Shown: in pieces, positions 1 to 13,819 of the stretch | Numbering within the stretch: position 1 is the first letter of the stretch | Layout of the letters: each line of letters opens with the position of its first letter | Source: Lama guanicoe | Lineage: Eukaryota | DNA length: 64,000 nucleotides | NCBI GenBank assembly: GCA_013239625.1 | Contig: MU054187.1 | Coordinates: 1,181,587 to 1,245,586, forward strand | Direction of reading: 5' to 3' | Made by a program: the position numbers and the translations under genes | The notes under the pieces: generated by a model | Databases searched by the model: none | The model's input: the letters and a program-made list of their open reading frames with translations, nothing else | What the model was told of the DNA's origin: nothing

Positions 1-799
1 ATCTGTTATTTAATTAGAATTTTGAGAATGGTCTTAATTTATTGCCTAGAATACATTTATAACAGGAAACTTCTACTTAACTTGAGGGGCAGCCCGCATG
101 GAAAAGGCAATGACAAAGGACAAGGGCTGCATTGTTTTCCTTTACTTACCAGTTTCTGAAATACCAATTTTTCCCTGAAGCAAGGAGGCAAAAGGGAATT
201 TTTAAACATCCCTTTAAATTTATATTTTAACACATTTAATTCATCACTATAAATATCCTTATTGATGCTAAAATAATCTCAACTCTGGCCAATAGGAATT
301 TCTTCAGGTGTCCCACGTGTCCATATCATACATCTTAAGTGGCATTTGATAGTGTCTTGTCTTCTGCTATAATGAAATCCTTCAGGCTTATGGATCACAG
401 CCCTGGAAGTAGCTAAACCTTAAAGAAAACTTTCAGAGGCTAAACTCCGGACAGTGGGTTCTCACTGCTTCTCCTACAGTCGTGGTTTCTAGGACTTTTA
501 GTAGAAAGATGAGTCATTGTGGGATCACGTGTCTGCTCCTGATTAAATCGGGGAGGCGGTTCTTCAGTGCTGACTCTGCGTCTGTGGCTCCTGCCTCCCT
601 CCCGGCGCGGTCCCGGCTCCTGACAGCGTGGGGAGTCTCTGCTGCTCTAGGGAACCTTCAACCCCTTCTCTCTCCATTTTGTCTGTGATACTCTGTTCAG
701 CTTCTGTGGGGTACTCACGCTACTGCAACACATTATAATCTCTGTAGAAGAGCTTCACTCCGTCTAGGCTTTAAAATGTATTTATGACGAGTTTTATAA

Positions 800-1440
800 A
801 GCAGCGTCTTAGGCTTTTGAAACGTCTTCCTTGATAGGTACCCCCTTTTTAGTTTTCAATATCATTTGCTTCCTCTCTCTCTTTTTTTAATCTGTTAGGT
901 TGGCTAGGGGGTTCCTTACTTCATTGATTTTATTATGAATCAGTATTTACATGCATATATTCGTTCCGAATTCTGGAACTGTTTGTTTTTAACTTTATTT
1001 TTGATTTATAATTACTAATTCCATTCTTTTGCTTTTTGTTTCATCTTATATTTCTTGTTTTGTCTTCAGTAGAGAGTTTAATTCATTTCTTTATTTTCAT
1101 TTCCAAAAGTTTCAATACATCATGTCATAAATTTCTTTCTCATAACTTCTTTACCTGTTTTCCAGAGCCTGAAACATTGTGCAATCAATAGCATTGTTTT
1201 AAAAGTAATTCTGTCATCTTATTTTGAATTTTTATTTAATCTAAAGCTGTCAGATAAAACCTCTTTGCTTTCTGTTTGTGCTAATCGTATTGAATTTATT
1301 GTACCTACATTCAACTTGTATTGTTACATTATTTGTATTCTTTGAAAATTATTGAGATGGTTTTTAGGAAAAGATATGGAAAATGTTTGCCCGTGTTCCT
1401 TGGCCACTTAGAAAGAAGACACAGTCTGTGTCATCGGGGC
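800..1440 (-). mobile_element. Old L1 (L1M-type) ORF2-region fragment
   Basis: T-rich plus strand with antisense-L1-like motifs (ctttgaaaattattgagatgg...gtgttccttggccacttagaaagaa); heavily degraded. Confidence 0.55.
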
Positions 1441-3644
1441 TGAGTCATGAGCATCCTTCGGTGCTGTGCTCCAGTTGGCCCTTGGAGCTCTTCCCCCTGA
1501 GTGAGGACGCTAGGCTCTCAGGCGAGGGCCAGCTGGCGTCTCAGTTGCTCCTGCCCTCTGAGCGCCTCCTCTGCCCCTCCACTCCTGCAGGACAGCTGAC
1601 GCCCCAGGCCTGCTGCTGGGGGGGTGGGGCTCCTTGCCACGGTTTGGGGCTCGTGGGGATGGATAGCACTAGATGTTGTCCGTGGTTTGGTTTGTTCCTT
1701 TCTCCATTTCCTTGTTGGTTTTGCCCTACTTGCTCTGTTGTTTCATTTTATTTCAGGGGTTGGGAGAGGGCTGAAGATTGGAAAGTGTGTGAATCCATCC
1801 ATATCTTGACCAGACCTTGATATCAGTCATTTAATCTGGTAGTGTTTTGAATAGTTAGACCAGCATCACAAAAAAACCTCCCTTTTGATATATGAACACC
1901 CTTTGACTTCTATTACAGCTTGAAATTAGAAATGATTATACTTTGCCAGTAAATACAATATTTTGGCTTCTGCTGATGGATGGAAAGTTGGAGGAATAGT
2001 TCTAGGAACAGTTAAAGCCAAAAGTGTTGACCAGGTTTAATGGAAAAGCAAACTGAAGACCCCCTGGGGTCTGCAGAGAGCTGTCACACGTGCGCCTGGC
2101 CGGCCTCGGCAGCAGGTGTGCCCGGATGTGTCCGTTCTGATGGAGGCAAGTGAGCAAGTCAGCGAGCGTGGAAAACCCATTCTTGCGAGGCGTGAGCAGC
2201 TCTTTCCATGTGGTTGTCTTCACAGCTGTCCAAAGCATTTCTGTTTTTTCCTGCTGGTTTTGAGTTTTTAATTTCAGCAGAAAGTGATGACAGCCTGAAC
2301 TGCTTTTTCAAATACCCAAAGTCACACTTCTCTTTCTAATAACATTTGCAGAATAAATGAGATTTACTTAATTAAAAGAATTAAAATTCTAATGAGTTAT
2401 GGCTGAAATAATTTAACTTTTGTGAACCATCATTAATCTTCCACTCTGTTTTCACTTTGTGAGTTCGTTTAACAAACTAAACCTTCCTCAACGTATTATA
2501 CTTTACATTTCATACCAAGAGACATCTCAGCAGTGCTGAGGGGTGAAATCTGGGAACAAGCGGTGAGGGCGCTTCCTGGGGACAGAGCAGAATCAGGTTT
2601 AATCCTCAAAGTTGTCTCAGCCGATGGGTGAGCAACAGAGGCTCCTTTTCAGGTCTCTGATTCACTCCCTTATCCACAAATAAAATGATTTGTAACATAA
2701 TACTTAACAAGAAAATAATTTTCAGCATAAGTGATTTTGATTATTTTACCAGTTTTTTAATAAATCTCTTTCTTGTGAGAGATTCATATTCTGAATTCAT
2801 ATTTTTTTAATCTCAAGGAAATGATGCATGTTTTTCTCTTACTTTTTCTATAATAAGGATGGTAAATAGAAGAAAGGCAGCTCTAATGGAGTTAAGTTTT
2901 TGTCGAATCAAAAAATGTCCTTTCTAAAAAGCCACCCAAAAATTCATGCGGGCACAGGGTAATCCTCTGTGCTATTGGAAAGTTGGGCTAAACAAAGGAT
3001 TGCACCACGCAGGCATGGGTGGGGGTGAGTGGTGCAGTGAAAAGTCATGCCAGACGCCACAATTTAAAAGACAGATCTGTGCATTTGTTTAGTGCTTTTG
3101 CTTTACAGAATATTTTGACATCCCTTAGGGCTTTTAAAAACGTTTTCTAATTTCTGTCTTTAGATTTATGTGCATCATTGTTTTATATTTAAGGCCAAAA
3201 ATATAGGAAGATATAGGAAGGAGGGCTTCAGTGAGGCCCGGGAGCGTCCTCAGTGCAGGCAGACCAAGGAACAAATGTGTTTTGTCTCGTGTGTTAACCA
3301 GACTTTTCCCTGGAGCTAGGCCACCCCCGTGAGAGTGAGTTCAGAACCCTGCCCAAGGCCCTGGTCACTCTTGGAAGCAGGACTGGGGTGTCCCCTGCCT
3401 CACAGCTGCCCGGCATGGGGCAGAACACAGACCATGGACTCTGGGCTCTGCTGCTCTTTAGAGCTCAGAGACTAAACACATGGGGGCAGCTGGGCGTGGA
3501 GGGGAGTCCTCTGCTGAGTATAACCTGGGGCCTCCAGGGACCCGCGTGACCCCAGGTCACTGTCAGCAGGTGAGGCCGACCTGAGGGATGGGACCCTGTT
3601 AAGATGTGATCATTTAAAACTGAAGCAGAAAATAGCAACCTTAT

Positions 3645-3832
3645 TCTTTTTTTTTTTCAGAAATTTTCTTTTTTTTGACTTCAGTTGATTTACACTGTGT
3701 GCTGATTGCTGGTGTACAGAATAGTGGTTCATTTATACATGTATACAGCCCTCTTCGTGTCTTTTTCACCATGGGCCATCACAGGGTGTTGAGTGTAACT
3801 CCCTGTGCTGTGCAGCAGGACCTTGCTGGTCA
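3645..3832 (-). mobile_element. Truncated L1 3' end (cetartiodactyl-type) with poly(T) tail
   Basis: T-run followed by gacttcagttgatttacactgtgtg...ggtgtacag...ccctgtgctgtgcagcaggaccttg, the reverse complement of the L1 3'UTR type seen at 42996-43237. Confidence 0.8.
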
Positions 3833-3846
3833 TGTGTCACGTGCAG

Positions 3847-4247
3847 TGTCCCTGAGTGTGACTGCTAGGGCTGCAGGAACCAAGTGTCATCAGCTGGGTG
3901 GCTCCCAGCTCTGGAGGCTGAACGTCCGAGATCAAGGTGTCTGAGGGCTGAGGCTGCGGGCGAGGACCTGGTCCAGGCCTCTCCTTGACTTGGAGACGAC
4001 TTGGAGACGACATCCTTCTCCCTGTCCCTTCACATCACATCTTCCTTCTGTGCACGTCTGTCTCTGTATCCAAATCATGCCTTTTTATAAGGACACAAGT
4101 CACAGTGGACTGGGGCCCAGCCTAATGACCTCATTACACCTGATCCCCATCGTAAAGACCGTGTGCCCAGATGAGGCCCCATTCTGAAGTACTGGGTGTT
4201 GGAACTTCAGCATATGGATCTGGAGGGGGCATAACTCAACCTATAGC
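3847..4247 (-). mobile_element. MaLR solo LTR (MLT1B/C-like)
   Basis: Motifs ctggaggctg..gtccgagatcaaggtgtc, ttttataaggacac..gtca, ctaatgacctcatt and ttctgaagtactggg. Confidence 0.85.
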
Positions 4248-5239
4248 GCACTCCACGCAGGCGAGCACAGCCCTCAGGTCACAGCCCCTGACTGACAGCA
4301 GTCAGCCCTCTTGACTTGCTGTCAAATAAAGCTGACAAGTCTTCCCACAGTGCCTCCATTGAGGTTCGACTTTCAGCTGTTCTCCAGTCCTGCCAGCATG
4401 AACCCAGTTCCCTCAAGGACAAATGTGCCCTTTTACATCTCTACATTTCCAGACGTTGACTTCCTTTTTCCCCAAAGCTTTTCTCTGCATGACACCTTCA
4501 TAAATTCCCCCTCGTCCACTGCACCCTGTCAGCCTGTCGATTCCCCTGGGAAGCTCCCTCCTGACTCCTGCCCCAGCCTGGGCAACAGGAAGCTGCCCAG
4601 AATCTCCCCGGCCCCCCTGCTCCTTGTAATGAGCTTATGCTCTTTGAAATGAAGAGCTCTTTTCTATTTATTTATATCTAGGTATTTCCACAGCTCAGTA
4701 CAAAAAAAAAAAAGGTACACAAAACACAGCAGCCACTCAATTAGCGTTAAAGGAACAAATAAAGAACAAAAGAATAAAGAATAAAAAGGTGGATCACGGG
4801 GAGTGAAGACCGCAGTGACGCCGGCAGGATGTTAGCAACACCTCATAGTTATCGGTGCCTGCTGTCTGCCATGGATATGCTGTTTCACAAATTCTGTTCT
4901 CATTTTAAAAATTAAAATACGACACAGTGTAGTTAACCTGGCTCAGTTTATGAAATCTTTATAAGGGGGTGCAGAGGGAAACGTGACGGCACCTTCAGCC
5001 AGCACAGGTGTTTCCTAGAAGGTCTGCAGTCGGCGGGAGACCTGCGTGCTGGGGCCCGCCTTCTGCCGGGGGCCCTCCCTGGAAACCCAGAGATTATGGA
5101 AAGGAGCCCTGAACCCTTGTCCTCAGCGTTCCCTCTGCCAGGTTTGTAATCAACCTGGAAATTCTCAGGTCATTTGTCGCCGCTCCTCCAGCTTCAGACC
5201 CAGGTCTCCCCTCAGTGATGTCACGACGGAAGAGCTGTC

Positions 5240-5360
5240 CTGACTGTGGAGCTGGTTTCATGGGTGTGCACACCTGTGGAAATTCATCACATTGTACATC
5301 TGAAATGTGTGTGGTTGACTGTACAGGAACCATAGCACATTAAAGTGTTTAAAAAAGAAT
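5240..5360 (+). mobile_element. Old L1 (L1MC/MB-like) 3' end
   Basis: ggtttcatgggtgtgcacacctgtggaaattcatcacattgtacatc followed by an A-rich tail. Confidence 0.65.
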
Positions 5361-5905
5361 AAAAAGGTAAAAATGAAAGAGCTGAATGAGAAAAGGAAGT
5401 AAAGGGCTAGTGGGTGTCCCTGCTCCACTGCTGGGGGCTGGGTGACCCCTTTCATCCTCACTTGTTCTGCTCCAGACATTTTTGTCACGTTCCAGTAGTT
5501 TTCACAGCTTCACTTCAGCCTGGCTGGTGGCCTTCCTGGCGTTACGCACCTGCGTGCCTTTGCTTGCTGTGGCTCATTCGGTGGACTTTCTGTCCCCATT
5601 AATTGACCTTTTTGGATCTGAGCTCATGCTGGAGCAGAGACCCCCTCTGCATCCACAATTAGTCTTCAGAAACCCGTAGTTCTCTTTCTCATCAGGGTCA
5701 TTTGTAATTACAGTGTCAGAGCCTTATTTTTAGAATAGAGCGCAGGGTTTTATTACCTTTAGCGTGATTATTCTTACCACTCAACTGATTTCCTTGCTTC
5801 TAAAAGCTTCTCTCGCTCTAATTCACTTTATAATATATAGAGTTTCTATTGTTTTGAACTAAGTTCTAAGGATATTGTAGGACTTTCTAACCTTCACTGT
5901 CATCG

Positions 5906-6330
5906 TGTGTATTGGCTGGGCTTGTCCTGACACAGTACCACGAACTGGATGGCTTGAGCAACAGACATTTATGTCCTCAAAATTGTGAAGCTTCGAAGTC
6001 CAAAATCAAGGTGTCAGTAGCGTTGACTGACCTCTCCTGAGGCTGGGAAGAAAGATCTGCTCCGTGTCTCTGTCTGGCTTCCAGTGGTTTCCTGGCAGAT
6101 CTGCTCCTCGGCTTGTGGATGGCCCTCTCCCATCCCTGCCCTCACCTTCCCGTGGCGTTTCCTCTGCTCCTGTCCGTCTCCAAATGTCCCCTTCTTGCTA
6201 GAGCACCAGTCACACTGGATTGGGGCCCACCCTGCTTCCTGATTGCATCGGCAGTGACCCTGCCCTCCAGAGAGGTCACAGTCTGATGTTCTGGGGACAG
6301 AACTTCAACATGTAAATGTCTGGGGGCGTT
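5906..6330 (-). mobile_element. MaLR solo LTR (MLT1C-like)
   Basis: gtaccacgaactggatggcttgagcaacagacattt...gaagtccaaaatcaaggtgtcag...caccagtcacactggattggggcccaccc. Confidence 0.85.
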
Positions 6331-8889
6331 ACATCATGTCAGCCGACACTGCAGAGCCACCTGTAGGAGGAGGTGGGAGTGCTTCCTGGAAGAGCCCACG
6401 GAACACAGGCCTTTGGTGGTAATCCTGAAAGACAAGAAGATTTTGTAAACATAAATCAGTACTAGGGGAAGTCCCAGCGACAGGGACAAGATGGCAAAGC
6501 ACAGTCGGCCCCTTTCTTCCGAACCAAGAGCTGTGGGCTGGAATGCTGGGGGAGAGCTGCACTCGCCCTGGGGCTGTTCAAGTCGGAAGGTTCCTGCAGC
6601 CCTGCGCAGATCTGAGAGCAGTGATCTGATGAGAACACGTGTCCTGAGAACCCTAAAATGAAAGGAAGCAGGGAATATAGAAAGGAAAATTCATTTTAAC
6701 AAGTAGCAGCAATCTTGTGAACGAGACACCAGAAGCCTGTGGAGGTTGGGGTGCAGAGCTCCTGGAATTCGGCTGTTGGAATATTCCATGGCAAGCGCCT
6801 GAGATCGGCGTGGCCTCTGACAGCCGTGCGCTGAGCTGGATTCCAGAACCCTCCGTCCCGTAAGCTCTGGGAGGAGGGAACCACATCCTCTACTCTGCGC
6901 TTTGTGTTCAGTGCTCTGCATTGTGTTTGGGGCCTCATAACAGGTCAGCATGCATTTTAACTGAGTCACGAATGCACACACACACAAGGGAGAATTACTA
7001 GGCTCAGGACACGCGGATTCTGCTCTGAGTCAGAGGGTGAGCAGACTGCGGGCTCTCAGACCGGCGCCTGGTGTGGAGCGGTTCTGTGAGCCCCTCCCCC
7101 GAGACGCAAGGCAGCCCTGTCTGCTGTTGCCGTGCCTTTGGGCGTAGGTGGAATATGGTGAAACTTACTCTCGGTGGCTTTTGCCGCCTCTGTGATTAGC
7201 ACTTAGAGACATTCCGTTGGAGCCAGAAGGATGGATGGACCTGGTTATTTTTTCTGAGGGAGAACATGAGGTACCATGTACCATGTACCAAATTGCTGGT
7301 TAACGGGCTCACAGCAGCCCTTTAAGCATCGTTGGGGAGATGATCACAGAAGCGTGTGAGACATGGAAAGTATTATTAAAAATATGTCAGCTTTTGGTAT
7401 TGCATCCCTAATCCTTCCTGAAGATCCATTATGACACCAGAGAACTGTAAGAATGATGATGGTGACATTTACCGAGGAAATGCAAACAGCATAACTTTCC
7501 ACTTTAATGCACTGTATTCCCATGTTGACCCAGAACTCAGAAAGGTTTTCATTTTTGTATCAAATTCACAGTGGCTTTTTTTCCTCACTTCTTTTTAAAA
7601 CCAGTAACAAGTATTTTCTTTGAGCGTCTACTTAAAGTCTGAGAGTCTGAGAGGCCTTCTGGTAATGAATAGGGGTGACATCATTTTAATCAGCCCTAAA
7701 TGTTTGAGCTGTTTTTGTTGCTTGATTATGTTTACAAGGGTTTATTTTATACCTACACAGATTTCTTGTAGTAATTAGCTTTCCGAGAATTAAATTGCAG
7801 GCTAAAAAAACTAAGGTATAATTCAGTTTCCTTTCATCAGGATGATGCAGCCAGGCTTCAGTGGGGAGTCAGCCAGTATATTTGTACGAGAGTTTACTTT
7901 CTAAACATGTGGACCCGGAACATTCTAGAACTAAGATTCTCTGGGAAACGGCCTGGTTTAAGCTAAGATATAAAATGTGCAGCCTTGGTTATGATAGTCT
8001 CCATCTGTCAGTGAACTGCGACTTTCTCAAACGTTTGTTGGGCGAGGTGAGGCTGCACGCACTGCGCAGAATTCTCCCTTCCGTGGGTTTCTGGTGGCAG
8101 GTCGGGGGCCCAGGGGTGTGCTGGTGGGAGGTGTGATGGGTGGAGGTGAGCCCACCTGTCCTGTGGCTCCCGTGTGTGTGCTGACAGGCCTTGTGGTGGG
8201 CGGGCTGTGAGGGCATCGTCCCCAGGGCCTGCCTCAGCCTCCTGGTCTCCCCAGTAGGTGTGTGCATTTCACTGCATAACAAAGAGCCCCCACCTCTGCC
8301 CCGCCCCTGCCCCATCAGGAGCAGACGGGATGACGGGAGCCAGCGCACGTTTCAGCCCCCCAGGACTGGGTCCCGCTCCTGCTTCTGTCCATTTTCCCGT
8401 CTTCCTCCTGCCACCTCCTCTGGGGACTCTCCATGCCAGCCTCAGACACAGAGTCAGGAGCCTCGAGCCTTGACTGGAAAGGGGTTCTTCACCCTGAATG
8501 CCATTTGGGCTGTATGACTCACACTTCTGTGTATTTTAAAATCATAATGTTTATTCATATTTTCCAAAATGAAACTAAGAAAGTAGCCCCAATTTTTCTT
8601 GGAAGAGAATTTGCATCAACGCGGAAGATGACTAGTATGCTGCAGTTTAGAATAGTTTAGCATTTTCTTAAAGAACAATTCTGCGGGAGTCATGTTATAG
8701 GGCTTGGAGGGAAATAAAAGCAGCATTCAGGACATAATTATACAGTTTCCAAGTAAGAGCCTCACACGGAGACTTAATCCAGCACTGCTCCCGTGGCTCC
8801 TGAGCAGCACACGTCTGCCAGAGTCACCTGCCCGGGCGTGGGCTTCCTCCCCTGCACACGGTAGCCCGCGTGGTGGCCCACGTGGTGGC

Positions 8890-9400
8890 CTGGTGCGTTG
8901 GCGTGGAGCAGTCACTGGGGAATGAACTAACACTGACACGTTAGTGTTAAGCAGAGTCCGCAACTTGCAGATTTCCTGAGTTTTACCCTAATGTCCTGTT
9001 CCATGACCCTCTCTAGGGCACCATGTGACATTCGTTCATTCTGTCTCTTCAGCACCTCTTGGCTGCTTCACAGACATTCCTTATTTTCAGTGAACTTGAC
9101 CGTTTGAGATGTGCTGGTCAGGTATGCAGTCGGATGCCTCTCTGTTGGAATTTGTGTGATGCTTTTCTTAGGAATAGAAGGGGTTATAGGTTTGGGGAGG
9201 AAGACTGCGGAAGCAAAGTGCCATTTTTATCATGTCACAGCAAGTGCACACGTGCCCCGTGACTCATCACTGTTGACTGGGTATGATGCTCCTCTACTTT
9301 TGTTATTTTATTGTTCACATCGCTCCACCACTGACCAGTGGGAACATTTAGTTGGCTCCTGTGTCTCTTTGCCTCTCCATCCTGTGTGTGTGTGTCTGAT
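8890..9400 (-). mobile_element. L1MC-like 3' region fragment
   Basis: tgctggtcaggtat...ggaatttgtgtgatgcttttct...ggggttataggtttggggaggaagac...aagtgccattttt. Confidence 0.75.
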
Positions 9401-9409
9401 AGTTTTTGG

Positions 9410-9790
9410 TAAAGGGATGACTCGGGCTGGGCCGGCCACTCGTGATGGTCTTAGGATGGGAACTGGCCATGCCAGAAAGATGAACCACATGGTTTAGGGG
9501 ACACTTTGGGCGGCACAGTGTATGTCAGCGTGGAGACTAGGCTCTACCACATGGACAATCATGCCAATATGACAAGGCCTCCAACCCTGGAGGATGAGTG
9601 AGATGTCTGGGGTGGTGATACTCTGTGCTGTTAGCCAGTATTAACACATGGAGCTGACACGTTCTGAATATGATGGAAGCCTCCCCATTTGGAACCCTCC
9701 CAGACCCTGTCCGATGTATCCACCCCCCTTCCCCCAAGCTGATTTTAATGCCCCCTTTCTCACAGGGACACTTCCTCATAATATGCACTT
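9410..9790 (+). mobile_element. ERVL-class LTR fragment (MER21/MER77-like)
   Basis: ggatgggaactggccatgccagaaagatgaaccacatggtttag...ggaagcctc...tggaaccctcccagacc...gctgattttaat. Confidence 0.6.
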
Positions 9791-11059
9791 GAATGTGTCT
9801 CTTCTGGTTTGGAGGCGCTCTCCTCCAGCAACGATGAGTATCCTTTGCTAAAAATCTTTGTCTGTCATCACTTACCTAAACCCTTCATATTTTTCACCTG
9901 AATTCACTCTGATTTTTGCAAATCCTTCCTATCTATTAACTGTGAAAATTTTCAGAGTTGTTTGTTACTTTTAATAGTATTTATTTGCTTTGAAATATTC
10001 AGTGTATTCCTTGAAATGTGCAAATTCTGTCTTCATTTTGTCCTGTTTTTATTATCTCATTTTTGATCTCTTGTATTGAATTAAAGTGCTTATTAATGTG
10101 ATGCTGAATAAAATAATGGTGACAGCATAAAGCAAGTGTGAAAAATTTCTCTCAGTATCTTGAATTATGTTGTCTTCTAAGTTCATTGGTCTCACCAATA
10201 GCATGTTTCTTTATTTTGTTTTTCTCCCTGAATTTTGTGTTTGCATAACTGCCAGTTTATGTGACTCCCCCTTGGGCGCCTCTGTTCAGTCCTTTCCTCT
10301 GTTCTGACGCCGTCTGACAGGTCCAGCCACTCCTTCCTCCTGCGGGCAGGACCTCAGCTCCTCTGCGTGGCTTTGCTGGAAGCCTGTTCCCTTCTCTTTC
10401 TGCCCGTGTCACAAACCCGGGATGAAGGACTGGGCTGGAGGTGCTGGCACGGGGAGACAAGGGGTCCGAGAGGAAGGGGCATGTGAGAGCACCTTGTCCC
10501 TGCAGGTCTCTCCTGTCCTGATCCTGGGTTTTTCAGTGTTTTCTGCTGGCGTTTTTTTTAATTTATTTGGGACTGTGTCTGGTCCAATGTGACAAAATCT
10601 TGACTTTAATTCCTTTCTTTGCTGAACATCAGTCACTCTTGCCATTTACTGTCCCCAGTTCACCCATTTCTTTCCACCAGTCACTTCCTTTATACTTTCA
10701 CAAAAGTAGGAAACTAGAATGATGGCCACCAGTTTTCTTCCCTTGAGACCTGGGGTCTTGGGGGAAGTTCCCCAAGTTGTTGCCATGTGCCTGTATTTTT
10801 TCAGGACTGCAGAGGACGGATGAAGACCTGAGCTGGGCTGAGCTACCTGCTTAGTCCGTGTTTTTTTCCTTTTTCCTCTCTATTGGTCTCTAAGTCAGTT
10901 GCATTAATTCCAGTGTTCAGGTTAGGTTGGGGAATTTGTTGGGATTTTTTAAAACAAATTTTGTTAATTTCATAATTGGTGAAGATTTGTAATGCAGTTT
11001 TAAACCATTATTTTAATAAGGAAAAACAGTTTATTTTTCAAACCATACAGTTAAGCTCT

Positions 11060-12670
11060 CAGTGAACAGGCTCTGACTGAGATCACTGATGGCTCTCTCC
11101 TTACCAAATCCAATCGCCTGTTTTCAGAACAGCCTGACCTCACCTGACTCGAGGACTTAACATCGCTCCTTCCTTTCTGTCTCTTTTCCTTCTCGTCAGT
11201 TAGCGCCTCCTCTTCCATCTCCAGTCCACTCCATTGGCCTCTGGTGTGTTTGTGTCTTTCCTGCTCTGACTTGTGATGCAACATCCATTCCTCCTGTCCC
11301 GGTTCCCTTTCTCCTAAGTAATTGCTGCCATTTGCGTGCTTACGACACCTACCTTCGGACTTACTGTCCCACACATTTATCAGATTCAGGTCTGCCCCTC
11401 AAAATCCAAGCCTGCTGACCACTTCCCAATGGAAGGTAGCACAGCTGAACTCACAGTATACACAGTTACTGTATTTCTCTCCTAACGTCGTCCTTCTCCT
11501 GCTTTCTCTGTCTTCATGAGTAAAACCACTCAGCCAAATAGTCTGAAAGTTAAGCTCATTCCCACCTTGCCCTCCGTATCTGAGCTTCCATGTACAGTTC
11601 TGCAAGTCACTGACTGCACAAGAGCAGCCAGCTCAGAGCACTGGCCCTAGCAAAGGTGCCCTAGGGTCTCGCTGGAACCCGTCCCCATGTAACAAAATAA
11701 AGCCAAAGTCCTTGAGCCAGGAGCCTGACTACAGCCCTGTGGTCCGTTACCCCTTTGAACAATGAGACCCATCATGACCCTGCGTGAAGCTCTGCGCCGG
11801 GCACCTAGCTTGTCTTCCTGCCTCCAGAACCCTCACCATCTGCTCCATCGTCCACATTGTCTGGGCCACCTCTGTAATACATGCCCCCAGGCATGCTGTT
11901 TTCCTGGCAAAGTCCTCAGCTGACCTCCTACTGCTGTAGTCTGAGTGCGGACCTTCAGAGCATTTAATGCTCCCTCTTGGCCCAGTTCCTCCTCTCCTTC
12001 GTCTCCTGGTCCCAGCCCTCACAGACAACATCCCACACCAGATTCAAGGAAAGGCTTTATACTTCTTCTGCACAGTGGTACAATTAAGGTACAATGGACA
12101 GTCGGCATCACAGTCGTTCCAGGTGCACAGCAGGATGACTCTGTACCTGCACACACTGTGGATGGTCACCACAGTGCTCTAGTTACCAGTCGTTCCCAGT
12201 TACGAATAAATAAGTCCTGGGTGTAACGCACAGCACGCTGACTGTAGTTAACATCCTGTATCGCGTGTTTGAGAGTCGCTAAGAGAGTAGATCTGAGAAG
12301 TTCTCATCACAAGAGAACATTTGTAGCTGTCACAATTGTTTGTACCTTCGTGGCACTCCGGAGATCAGCCGGGCTCCCCGGCCGCTCTGTGCCCCCAGCT
12401 CTCCATGTTTCAGTTTGCTGGCCTCATTGTAAATGTCATCTCTGTCCTCCCTTTTCTGACTCACGGCCTAGTCCCTGCTTCCTGCTTTGACCCCTCCAAA
12501 TATGGCCTTTACACTGTGGACCTTCAAGACCTGTCAACTTCAGGAAAATAACACGATGTGCCTGTTCACTCGTATTTCTACTCAAAGTATGAAGAGGACT
12601 GCCGGTCAGACGTTAGGACAGGATGAAATGATAGTAATGAACGAAGTCAATGTTGTTAGCTCTGAATAAA
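11060..12670 (+). mobile_element. L2 LINE fossil (3' part), interrupted by an L1 at 12082-12330
   Basis: L2-like blocks (gagatcactgatggctctctccttaccaaatccaat; gtaaatgtcatc; gcctgttcact) in collinear order. Confidence 0.7.
12082..12330 (-). mobile_element. L1MA9-like 3' end with 5' inversion
   Basis: 12082-12188 is the terminal 3'UTR segment on the minus strand. 12193-12330 is the immediately upstream 3'UTR segment on the plus strand (aataaataagtcctggg...gctaagagagtagatct...ttctcatcacaag). Confidence 0.75.
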
Positions 12671-13819
12671 CATTCTCTTTTTTAAAGGGTAACAATTTGG
12701 GTTTCTCAAAAGCACTCAGGTAACACACACCTAGATTTGTCATATTTTATAAATACAAGCCCTCCTCCCATATTTTGAATCATTTAGAAAAAGAGAAAAA
12801 TGACCTACTCAAGTCACAAAAACGACTTCCCATATTTCTAAATGGTATGCCATTAATTTACTGTTTTAACTGGTTTAACTAAAGAATCAGTGGTTCACAC
12901 TGTTTCCCCAGAGTGAAGGACGTATTCATGATACTGGAGAATTTTCTTCTTTGTACTGCCTTTGAGAGCAGAGAAAGTCCTTGATTGTCTTTTTTTTCCC
13001 TTTTTCTGGCAAATCAAACACTCCACTTTTGCACACATTAGATGCTCAGTGAATTAAATAGCTCATTTCATGACAACTCAACTCTCTGGGGACTCAGGCT
13101 CGAAAACATTGAAGATTTCAAGCGATTCGTTTTGTGGGCAGAGTTATAAAAGGTGTTGTTTAAAGTCATCTGGAGAATTAAGTGTAGGGTAAACAGTATG
13201 ATTTCTATTCACACAATTAAATGGCATTGAAACATAGGCTGTTTTAATCATTGTAGAAGTTAATGAACTTAGCACTTTAGTCTTACTCCTAGTAATTCAA
13301 CTTTTAATTACCACCCAACCATTGCATGTTATATGGTGCTAACATCAGTTGACAGTGCCTCCTTTTTCTAAATTAAGCACAGCAATTTCACTCTTTTCTT
13401 ATTGAAGGAGCAGAGCTGTGTCCTAAGGTTCAATCTATTTACTAGGAAAATATGACTTGTAGTTCTAAAATGTGACTGATTTGACCAAGAGGAATTTGAT
13501 TCTGGTGCTGTCTGATATTTTGCTTTGCAAGTTTTTCTTTTTTTTAAGAAGGGCAAAATGGTAAAGTCAACTTAGAGGATTAGAATACAAGAAGGGAGCT
13601 GGATGATTCTTATATAAATATTGCAGTCTTTTCTTCTCTGCGGTGTGGGAAATAAAGTGACATAAAACCCACTCATGTGCTGTTATATTTATGGGGATCC
13701 AGGTAAAACTGTGTCTTCAACAGATAAGACATCGAGTTTGCTGACTCTTAGAGCGTTGTCTAATCACTGAGTAGGAAGCAGGGACCTGGGACAAACCTCG
13801 CGTCTATGAGAGCTTCAGT

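Noticed and set aside
2945..2990. Faint resemblance to antisense U6 snRNA (gggcacagggtaatcctctgtg)
   Set aside because: Too short and mismatched; the rest of U6 is absent.
3201..8890. Short tandem micro-duplications (atataggaag x2 at 3201, cttggagacga x2 at ~3989, gtaccat x3 at ~7271, cgtggtggcc x2 at ~8869)
   Set aside because: Ordinary replication-slippage products with no shared motif or spacing.
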